Below, piece by piece: positions 1-9,906 of a DNA stretch of 64,000 nucleotides. Each line of letters starts with the position of its first letter. The first letter of the stretch is position 1. This DNA is from Amoebophrya sp. A120 (Eukaryota; Protista; Dinoflagellata), in contig CAJINV010000004.1 of the NCBI GenBank assembly GCA_905178155.1, positions 10,771,655 through 10,835,654 of the forward strand, in the 5' to 3' direction. Position numbers and translations under genes: made by a program. The notes under the pieces were generated by a model. It was not told where the DNA came from and ran no database searches. It saw only the letters and a list, made by a program, of their open reading frames with translations.

Positions 1-2161
1 AACGAGTAGCAGGCTCAAGGAGATCAGCAAAATCGGCAAAGCAGCACAAGGACAGGTAGTAAACAAAGTATACAAGACAGCCGAGGATGCTACTGTGTCG
101 CGCGTTTGGGCAATCCAACCCGCCAGCAGCACGCTGTGTTTCACCGCGCTTGTCGAGTTTTGCGGTTCGGAATGCATGATGCTCTACGTAGTCGCACCCG
201 ACGGGCGCGAGGAAGAGCGACTCGTCTACGAGGAAGGGCTACGAACAGTGTCAACAAACGTCGTCCGTCTGCTTGCGCATTATGAGCAACAACGCGACCC
301 GCCCGAGCCGGATATCGCTGCTGTGCTGATCCCGTTGTACGGAGGTGGGATTTTCCGGCCAGCACGGTATCTCAAGAACAAGGTCGCGTCCAACATCCTC
401 GCGCCACTGTTCCAACAGATCAGGAAAGAGCCGCAAGCAGTCAACGTCACGTATATTTTCGCTTACGATGACAACGTCTTCGCGTCTGAGTACTACAAGA
501 GCGCCACATCCACACAGCAGCAGCAGAAACCAGCGAAAATTTTGCACAAGCTTGCTGCCGTGAAGGCGGCAGGCGGCGCCAAAGCCGCTGCAAAGAAGAG
601 ACCAAAATCAAAAGCGAAAGCGAAGTCGCAGCCACAGGCGAAGCCGAAAGCAAAGCAGCCCGCTGCTGTTGCCGCTGCCGCGGAACCTCCGCGTGCAGTC
701 GAGAGCGAAACTCTGCTGCCGCCGCTCGACGATGAGGAGACTGGAGATGCGAAGGCCAAGACGGAAGAGCATGGATATGAGGAGTATCCTTTCGAGGAAT
801 ATGCGGAGTCTGAGTTTGTGACCGAGGTCGAACAACAGACCGCTGTTGAGCTCAAGGGACAGGACGTAGAGCTGATAAAGAATTCCTTCGCCGGGCTCAG
901 CTCCGCCGGGAAGCTCTTCGTGATAACCCCAGAGAAAAACGAAATCGACGTTCCAGTCGACATCGCCGACGCCGATGCGGCAATAGTACTAGTAACCGGG
1001 AAGACACACTCCAAGTACGCCGATGTCCGATTTTTCCAGACGAGCGGAACGACTGTCGACATTCCCCGCCGGTTCAGACAGAACGCAGTAGTAATTGCGG
1101 CATACAACAGCGAGGAAGTCCAGGCAGGTTTTTGTGACCAGGAAGTCACTTTGTTCCTCCATGATCTCGATTTCCGGCAGCTTGTAGAAAAACAAAAAAC
1201 GTGTGTCGAGTACGGCGATGTGTGCGCTTCACTTGCTGGAAAAGCGCTCTCCGCTGCAGCAAGCCGGAAGGCGACAGTCACGGACGGAGAGTTTTCGCTG
1301 TGCAGCAGCCTCATGCTCTACAAGAGGCGGATTTATCTTCCGAAGCAGGCGCAGCCGGACGTCGAGGCCGGTGATCCGGCTCTTGGTAAGCAGAAGACAC
1401 GCCTGCGTATCACCGTGCTGATCAAAATTCACAGACGATGGGCATTGCACTCGAAAGCTGCTGCAACTGCCGAGGTCGCAACGCAGTACTTCGCGTGCCC
1501 GTCGCTGTGCCACGACGTCGTGGCGGTGTGTAAAAGTTGCCGTGAGTGTTTTCTCTGGCACCAAGAGGAAGAGTTAGTCCGGATGTTCAACAACAATCCG
1601 AAGCCACGGAGTTTGTGGCGGGAAATCACAACTGACCACATTCCGAATCTTCCTCCTGTGACCATCGATAATGTCACATACACCACGATCCTTCGAGTCA
1701 AGGAGCGGCTAACCGGTGCGACTGTGCTCATCCCGTGCTCTTCAACATCTCCGCATGAGGCAGTGAACAAACTCGACCTCACGCTGTTCGGGCTCACCGG
1801 TTATCCTGCGCGAGTCGTTGCCGACGGGGCTTTCAAGCCAGTCAAGGGCGATTTTGCGCGGCGCGGGGCGTATCTCACAGTCAACAAGCCGGATGATGCA
1901 CGCGGACGACAAGAAGCGGAGCGACCGAACGCCGGCTCGAACGAGAAATTCTACAAGAGCTGCGAGAAGAATAAAGACAACTGGCCGCACCTCTGTCCAA
2001 TTATGTCGATTGTCGAAACGAACGCAGCACAAGATCAAAACTGCGGGAAGAGCGCTGCGGAACTCTTGCGCGGCCAGAAGCTCGCGCTGCCGGGCGCGCA
2101 GGCGTTTGCTGGCGCTGCAGAGCACGACAATTCGGTAAGAAACCAGGCGCAGTTAATAGAA

Positions 2162-2843
2162 TTGGGTGGAGCCGCCCCCGGCGATTTGCTTGCTAAGTCC
2201 GTGCTATTTTTTGAAAGGCCCAATCATTTGCGCCAAGCCGCTGCGCCCCCGCGGGGCCACGCGCGGGCGCCCGGGCGGCGGCCCGGGGGGCAGCGCCTGC
2301 TTTCGAAGCGCCCCGGGCTAGGGTCGAAAGCGCGCCGGCCGGGCCTCCCGTCTTGCATGCGCGAGGGGTCGTGTCTCCTGCACGCAATGGGGCCCGCCCA
2401 TCGGCCGCCCAAGGGCCGAGGAAGCCTGCCCCCCCCTTCGCGCGGCTTATCGTTTTGCTATTTTTTTTGCTATCTCCGATGCCCGCCCAAAATACAGGGG
2501 AATCGCAAAGGAAAAAAAAGTCCGGCGAAATAGCAAAGGCGGGCCGGAATTTTGGCGGAAATTTGGGAGGGGGGCATAGAGGGTGAATTAGCAAGGGGAT
2601 TTAGCACGCGAATTAGCAAAGGAATTAGCAAGCGAATTAGCACAGGAATTAGCACGCGAATTAGCAAGCGAATTAGCAACGAAATTAGCAAGCAAATTAG
2701 CAAGGGTTGCGCGCGGAATTGGGCCAAAGAGGGGGGGTGGGGGAGGCTTGCTTTTTGGGGGTTATTTTCCTGGAAAAATTCTTGGACGGGCAAAAAAATA
2801 GCCGCGGTTTAGCACGGCCGCGGCCGGCAGCGGCTCCGCCCAA
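2162..2843. mobile_element. 682-bp non-autonomous TIR element (MITE) with 6-bp TSD ATAGAA
   Basis: Imperfect TIRs TTGGGTGGAGCCG... / ...CGGCTCCGCCCAA; ATAGAA at 2156-2161 and 2844-2849. Confidence 0.85.
2585..2703. repeat. Tandem array of about 12-bp units with an AATTAGCA core, inside the MITE
   Basis: About ten consecutive (A)ATTAGCA-containing units. Confidence 0.9.
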
Positions 2844-3753
2844 ATAGAAAAAGCGCGCGGGTTCAGGGATATCCTGCCCGACATCGCGAACGAAAGGTCG
2901 AGGAAATCCACCGAACAACAACTCCAGCGACGCGGTGTTGTATCCGAGACGGAGATCCAAGCTGGAGACTTTATCATCAAAAGAGACAGCCACAAGACGA
3001 AGCACAGGCTCGAGCTCGGCCCCCAGAAGCACAGGATTGAACTCGATGAAGTCCTCCTCGTCGTCGAAAAACTCAATCACAACACGCTGCGCGTCATCAA
3101 CGCAGTTCATTTCGACCTCGACGAAGGAGTTGTGTCGCTGTCTGGAGATCCCAAAGAAGTAGCGAAAATTGTGTCGGCGCGGCTGTGCGTCAAGATTTTG
3201 GTGAGCGAGTTTTTCATCGAATGTACGGCGCCGCGCCCGCTGTATCTCGACGGAGAACCTACTGGAGAGGATATCATTGGGCACAACCTGTTGTCGGGAA
3301 AGTACCTTGCGCGACAACTCGTTGATCAAGTTGTCAAAAGCAAAAACAAGAAGTCCGAGAAGTTGCGCCAGAAATACAAGGTCTTCGAGTCCGCCGCCCC
3401 GGTCGGGACCACGGAGATCCCTTTCTTGCAGTAGAAGAAAACGAGACAGCTTGCAGGCATCTTTCCTTCTCCTGATGCGCTGCTACGCTGACAAGATCCT
3501 CAACAAGTACAACTACAACGACAATAATGGACGACGATCACTACAATGATAAGACAAAACAGTATAACCATCACGATCAGCAATATTATCATCTTCTACA
3601 TCTCACTTTCTTGCACAGCAACGAGCTTCCTTCTCCGGTCAGAGCGTGCCTTTTTCAAAAACAAAAAGCATGTTTCTTGTTTTCTACAACAGCGACAATC
3701 TGGATAAGCGACTAAATTTTCTTGCACAAGTTTGTCTTAGGTCAAGATGCAGA

Positions 3754-4242
3754 ATGTCGAGTGAACAAATTAGATTAATCGAACACGGTTCCCGGGAATA
3801 CCGGTCGCAACCTCGCCTCTTTCGTAGTAAGTCGTCAACAACATCAAGAGAACTAGTAAATTTTGTTCCTAATTACGACGTCGAAAACGATAACGACGAG
3901 GCGTGCGAGTTGTTACTTCGGCGAGCACGCGGGTTAGAGCGACCGGCTGTGGTAACCCCGCGCAACCGAAACAACACGGAGGTGCCCGGTCCGCCGCCGA
4001 CGCGCCAAGGCAACCGCGTACAACGCCGGCGCTGCGACCTGTTTGAACAAAACGCGCTGCAGCTGCACCAGATCGAGGAGGTGCGAAGAGCGCAACAGGT
4101 GCAGCGTACAGAGGTCAGCCGCATCTTGCAGCGTCAAGACCAGCTGTTACAACAACTAACTCAACAATTGGCGGCGTTGCAGCAGGTGGCTCTGTACTCG
4201 GCGGGAACAACGGGACTCGACGCGAACAGTTTTTACTTCTAA
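3754..4242 (+). CDS. Unknown Q-rich coiled-coil ORF in the Gypsy 3' region
   Basis: ORF track 3646..4242, plausible ATG at 3754; heptad-like LLQQLTQQLAALQQV segment; no recognisable family. Confidence 0.4.
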   Translation: MSSEQIRLIEHGSREYRSQPRLFRSKSSTTSRELVNFVPNYDVENDNDEACELLLRRARGLERPAVVTPRNRNNTEVPGPPPTRQGNRVQRRRCDLFEQNALQLHQIEEVRRAQQVQRTEVSRILQRQDQLLQQLTQQLAALQQVALYSAGTTGLDANSFYF

Positions 4243-4252
4243 GCAGTCTATC

Positions 4253-5419
4253 ATGCTCCAGTGCAACCCGATGAACAGAGGGATAGAGCGGCGTATCGAC
4301 CCGAGTGACGGAAGTGGTCCGCTCACAAGGCGCGGGCTCATGACCGCCCACGGAGTGAGGGAGGGGCTGCGCCTGTGGAACGCAGCGGCACCCCAACGAG
4401 AAGTTCTCCCTCCACCGCCGGAGCAGCAGCAACGACAGCTGCAAGATCAAGCTGCAGCACGGCGACACGACACAGCGGCACACGATCCAGCACGTGGACC
4501 CCCGCTGGTGTTCGGGGCGCCGTTGCCTGAAAATAACCCCAATAACAACTACGGTGTAAATCAAGCCGACCTCCTGCCGGCGGGTCGGGATATGCAAGAA
4601 ACCCCTTCTTGCTATCGCGCGAATCCTTCGAGCCAGGAGGTACCCCGGTGACGGCGGCCTCGTGCAACGACTCCGCATATTTGCAAGCACAAAATATTGC
4701 GTTGTCGTCGCGACTCGACGCTACCACGGCGGAGCGCAATTTTTACGCCGAGCAGTACCAGCTGCCTGGAACGGGCTCTGCGGGAAGAGATGCAGGCGCA
4801 TCTCACCGCGCCGGACACCTCTCCGCGTTTAAGCGAGATTCCAAGGAGAGGTGCTGAAAATCCGGATCGCAGAGATGTCCGTAGCTTTCTTCTGGGACTT
4901 CCTGCGAATCGACGAGCCGCGCCGCCAGGAGAATCAGTGCGATCGGCTGGCGTATTCAACTTCAGACACCGCCATCGGTGCGATTCGATCAGCCGAATTT
5001 CGTCCGAAGGAGGTTCCAGTGTGGAGGTAGAACGGGCGTTGCAACGCAATCTCCGCAGCCACCAGCTGCACCAGAGGCGTGTGCAGGCTGAGGGGAGAAT
5101 GCAACGCAGCCACGAGGTCAGGACACGAAGTCGGCGGCTCGGAAGGAATTCGAGTACTGGTTTAGAACGGGAACGATCAACGGATCGCGCCTTAGTGGCA
5201 GACGCCGACCGTGTTCGGTTCCCAGGCCAGGAGGTAGATGAGCGAATTCGCGCTCAGCGCGAGGCTGAGCGCGAAGCAGAAGTCCAGAGGGACATCGCGC
5301 GCCTCAGGCGAGCGGCGCGCGGCCAGGGACGTCCCGGCTTTGGCTTCTCGTCAAACGACTCTGAAGCAACAAGATCCGAGACATCCAGCCGCGAAGAGGA
5401 GGATAGAGCTGAGGAGTGA
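4253..5419 (+). pseudogene. Probable single R/E/Q-rich ORF broken by two frameshifts, in the Gypsy 3' region
   Basis: Three overlapping plus-strand ORFs (4253..4651, 4609..4857, 4697..5419) hand over coding-like composition from one frame to the next. Confidence 0.4.
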
Positions 5420-6005
5420 AGTGCTGGAAGAGAAAATAAAAATTCCTACCTCTAAGATAATCCGCTGCTGGTCGCGATACCTTTTTCGAATACAAAGTAA
5501 CAAATAATACGGAAAATCTCATATCAAAATACAAATAAACCATACAAAATTTCACACTTCTATGATTGAGAAATAAGACGTTTCTGTCCAATCACAGAAG
5601 GCAGTTGCGCATCACAAATAAGAAAAGTCCCACTTTCAAAAACAAAAAGATCCACGCTTCCTACAAGATCATTTACACATGCCTGTCGAAGCTTTATTTT
5701 CTGCTGTCGACAGGAGCATTGTGTTTTTTCCTATCGCAGCGAACCCCGGATCAGCCAGTACATTTATTTCAAAAATTTTCGGATTGTCTCCCCAGATCTT
5801 TCTGACAATAAATACAGCTTCTACTACACGTTCCAACAGCGACAAAGCCTAAGCGTTGTGCTGTGTGTGTCCAGTGCGTAGAATTAGAAATAACAACCAG
5901 AAATACAAAAATTTTTCATTCAGAAGCACCCTTGTGCTATAGAAATACATATCAGTTTTTTCAACTCAAAACTTTTTCTAGTTACATCGCAACTTTGCAT
6001 TAAAA

Positions 6006-6536
6006 GTGACCAACTTAGTTTTGGGCTGTTCCATGGAGATGTGTGAAGAGAACGTGAAGTCCCTCCCCACGGTGTGGTCTTGTCCGGATGAGTTTTTTCA
6101 TTCCGGCGAGACCACCATCTCCTACCCGCTCACTTCCATGTCGCAGTTCCTCAAAACCCGCGAGGCAGTCACGCGCTGCAAGGTTGAGGAACAAACGCGA
6201 CAGCGTGAGTACGTGGAACACATGAAGACCCTCCCGAGCAAACACCAGCCCCGGATCTGCACTGTCGAGACCGTGATGGTCCTCGACATTGTTAAGACGT
6301 CCGAACGCGCTGCGTTCGAGGAGGGCTCTTGGTGGGATTATGTAGAAGATAGTTGGGAGGAGGCAAAAACAAAGGTGTACTCAAAATGGGACTCTACATA
6401 TTCTACCGAGCAGTGGCAGGAGCAGTACTGGACTGACGACGCCAGTTACTGGACTCCATATCACCACTGGCATACCTGGGATGAGAAAGAAAATACCTCC
6501 CCAAGGTATAGCCTAAATGAAAAGCCTAAGGACTAA
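6006..6536 (+). CDS. Unknown Trp/acidic-rich ORF in the Gypsy 3' region
   Basis: 176-aa ORF with AT-rich flanks; C-terminal W/D/E/Y-rich tract. Confidence 0.35.
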   Translation: MTNLVLGCSMEMCEENVKSLPTVWSCPDEFFHSGETTISYPLTSMSQFLKTREAVTRCKVEEQTRQREYVEHMKTLPSKHQPRICTVETVMVLDIVKTSERAAFEEGSWWDYVEDSWEEAKTKVYSKWDSTYSTEQWQEQYWTDDASYWTPYHHWHTWDEKENTSPRYSLNEKPKD

Positions 6537-7333
6537 GCCACTAATTTTAAAACCATAGATAAAGTAGACAACAAGTAAAGAGGTGGTTGCTGTTCTACTT
6601 TTTTACTGTTAAATCTGAATCCTTCGTTACTGACATATCTTTTCTTATTTCTCTTCGTATCTTTATTTCTATCGAAGTCAAAACTGATTCTACAAAATTA
6701 TGTCGATACAAAACAACAGTACGCAAAGTCTACCCATAGGCAGTACAGCAAAACCCTCATCATCCAAGCAATGCCCCAATTTTAAATACATCAGTAATTT
6801 TTTCTGGTGACGAATCATCACAGTAGTGCATGACAAAGTTCGTTTTAGGTCTTTCAAATAAAAAATCATAATCTCTTGGTACACAACAGTTTTGAAACAG
6901 ATAGCGGTAAATAAAAAAAATAAAAAAAAGCATAAAATAGCATGCACCGCCGCGGTTACCCATTGCGTGACCCGGTCGCGCAACAGAAAAAGAGTTCTAC
7001 CAGCACGAAAAAAGCCACCGTGTCTTGTGCTTCAGCTGTTGAGTCAAAAACTACTACCCTTGTTTCCAAAAAACTAAAAAACGCCAAAAAATAAGAAGCC
7101 AAAAAACACGTAACGACGCAACACGCAAGGAACTAGCCATCTATTGTTCAAGCCGGCCTGTTACTTCCAGTAAAAGAAGCGTAGTTTACGCAACGCGTTC
7201 TCTTCTCGTAGCGTTACAAAACTTCATCCGTCCACGTAGTGTTCGTTACCCGCTCCTTACTTGTTTCCTTTTCGTAGTTTCTACTTCGTAGTGTCACGAA
7301 AAACACATGCGTATTTTTCTTCTAAAAAACACC

Positions 7334-7344
7334 GGGGGGGAGGA
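7334..7344 (+). other. Polypurine tract (PPT)
   Basis: GGGGGGGAGGA immediately before TGTAAC. Confidence 0.8.
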
Positions 7345-7706
7345 TGTAACTTGTCAGTACATCAAACCACCGGCGTTCCATTGGATGTCAAAAGAACGTT
7401 GTGAGCAAGCGTGCGTGCGAGAACGGAAAGAGAACTGAAAGTGAACTGGTGAAGATCCTCGCGCTGTCGTCGTTCGTTGAACAACAAACAATTGCGAAGC
7501 AAATGTGAACCCTTTAGGAAAGAGAGAGATTATTTGTGTCGCCAACACGCCGGTGCGGTTGGCAAGAAACTGGCCAGACGAAGTTGTGTCGTCTGTGCGT
7601 GTACGCTGCTGCTGGTTCGCGCAGCTTGTTCTTCGTAGATCCACGCTAGTTTCGTTTGCGTTCAAGATGATCACGAAGACTCACTACGTGTAGCGATCCA
7701 GTTACA
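7345..7706 (+). repeat. 3' LTR (362 bp) of the Gypsy element
   Basis: Starts TGTAAC after the PPT and ends in the inverse GTTACA, where an unrelated ORF resumes mid-domain. Confidence 0.8.
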
Positions 7707-7707
7707 C

Positions 7708-9757
7708 ATCATCGACGCTGTCGTCTTCTTCGAGCGGATCCAGATCCAGCAACTCCGCGACCGGGCGGACTACATCTGCGCACAGCCAGAGTGCACCGAA
7801 GAACAGCGCCAGGAGATCGAGTTTCTTCTGTTCAATGTGACGGCCTTACGCTACTCAACCCTGGGGAGCGGGGCTGGTTGCACAGTGTTGAAACAAGATC
7901 CAGAGAAAGGCACACCGATTGGCGGCATTTGCAGCAAGACCGCGTGCTCAATTTCGATGGGTGTTGCCGAGCACAAAGCGTACACAGATCCCGCCTGCGA
8001 ATTGAAAGACGACACAGTAGCAATGGAGAGATTTGTAGATGATTCGGGTGGCATGAGTAGCGTTTTCTGTACTCCCTGCACCGACGAACTGATGACCGAA
8101 ATGTCTTCAGGCGTCGAAGTAGAACTTGACAGGAAACTGCTGCCACGCGAAGACAGCACGAACACGCAGTACATGCGATGGCTCCACTATGATCTGAATG
8201 CAAAAATCCGACAGACGGACAAACGGATACAAATCGAAGCAGTTCTAAAATCCAAGCCATTGCAGACGAAGTTTCGCACCAATTCAGACATACAGTACTA
8301 CACAGGGATCTTTCGAAGCCGCATGCTTTCAACGCTACGCGACGCAACAATAACACAGAGCAGCAAGATCATCCGTCTTCTTGGTGAGCTGCTTCAATGG
8401 ATTGAGAACAAATTCAACTTCAAAATCTTACGAACTATTCTGCACAGCGTCGCCCGGTCTTCTCTAGTTGGTTACCCTAGTAGCCTAAAAGTCATCAGGC
8501 TGGCAACTTCTCTTCTTTCCGTTTGTAACGAAAAACCAGAACCACAAATAAAGCCCTACATCCTTACCATCATGCCGTCGAAACATGGCAAGGACAGCGA
8601 CGGCTACTGGAGCAGTAGCAACCAGTGGTACGAACGTGCCCCGAAAACGGAAGAAGAGCAACGGTTTGCGGACTACTACCAGGTCCAGAAGATGTCCGAC
8701 TACATTCGGGCAAACGAGAAGAAGATCCAGGAAGAGAAGCAACAGAAAGAACGTGTCGAGAAGTGCACCTCCTTGGCCGGCGCAATTTCCGAAGGAATCG
8801 AGAAGAACATTGGCAGTACTGGTGGCAGCAAGAGCGGCGACTTCATGATCACCAAAGAACAACTACAGCAGCAGTTCAACCAGTTCGGCGAAGCGCTCGC
8901 CGCTCGCTCCCAGCAGGAGAAGGAGCAGCTGCGCACCGAATTCCGCGGCGAAATCCATACGGCCGTCAACGCTGCCGTGACCGGGATCGTCGGGCAGATG
9001 CAGACGGGGTTTACCGCCATCACCGACACGTTGAACCGCATGCAGCAGCAGCGCGCTGCTGGTGCTGGCATGGCGGGCGTGCCGCCGTATGGAGGAGGGT
9101 ACTATGGTGGCCCAGCCCCGGCCCCGGGACCGCCGATTGGTATCCCAGTCCCGGGACCGCCAGCTGGTGGTGCTGCAGGAGGAGTTGCTGCGGGTGGCCC
9201 CGTCCCCGCCGGTGGTGCAGGTGGTGTCCCAGCTGGAGGTGGTGGTCCCGCCCCTGCCGGAGGTGCCGGAGGAGCAGGTGGCATCCCAGCCGGAGGTGGC
9301 GCTGGCTCCCGCGCCCGGCCCGATCGGAGGCGCAGGTGGTGCCGGAGGAGCAGGTGGTGGCCCCGCCCCAGCCCCAGCTGCCGGTGGTGCAGGAGTCGGC
9401 GGAGTTCCCGTGCTGGCGATGGTCGGCCAAGCGAACGACGGAACCTTGATTCAGTACACGGTCGAAGACGTCAACAACAACACGAACAAGGTCCGGCTGT
9501 ATGAGCTGCTGAGTGCGGCCGAGCGGCAAGCCCTGACCGCCAACAACACAGCCTTCGAGAACTGCGATACGCCGATCGAAACGAAGCTGGAAGAGTTCAA
9601 CCGCGACGAGTTACGGGTCATCTACCAGCGGATCCATGCGGACCGACGGGCTGCGGCGTTCCCCGTCAATGGTCCGAACCAGGTCCAGAAGGCGGCCCTG
9701 GTCGACGGCATCCAGCAGTGCTTCAACCGGCAGCACGACCAACACCCAGTGCAGTAG
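7708..9757 (+). pseudogene. 5'-truncated divergent reverse transcriptase (Penelope/TERT-like), continuing into coiled-coil, Gly/Pro-rich and SAP/HeH-like segments; frameshift near 9310
   Basis: Motifs IDAVVFFERI (A), KQDPEKGTPIGGICS (B'), RFVDD (C), WLHYDL (E-like); the frame is open from the LTR junction; the Gly/Pro repeat continues in ORF 9062..9757. Confidence 0.65.
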
Positions 9758-9906
9758 AACAGCGACACAGTAGAACAACCGAAGATCAACAGCAATACAC
9801 CCTAGTAGTATGGAGCAGTAGAACAGCCGAAGAACACAGCAGTGCGGTACCGAGACGACCAGCATTTTCCCCTCTACATGTTCCCGTTTCCCGATGGGTT
9901 TGAGGA

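Larger units (their letters stand above)
2..3434 (+). pseudogene. Gypsy pol fragment (macrodomain-like region, linker, integrase, GPY/F-like tail) interrupted by a MITE
   Basis: ORF 95..2533 is open back to base 2; deleting 2162-2843 plus one ATAGAA copy gives ...QAQLIE|KARGFRDILPD...EIQAGDFII...VVEKLNHNTLRV, in frame with ORF 3132..3434. Confidence 0.8.
1..7706 (+). mobile_element. Ty3/Gypsy-type LTR retrotransposon, 3' part (5' end outside window)
   Basis: pol-like ORF open from base 2 with an integrase Zn-binding region (H..H..CKSCREC) and rve-like core; PPT at 7334-7344 directly followed by an LTR with TGTAAC...GTTACA termini. Confidence 0.85.

Noticed and set aside
2162-2533. Arg/Pro/Gly-rich C-terminus of the 812-aa ORF
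   Set aside because: Read-through into the MITE; the true C-terminus resumes at 2850
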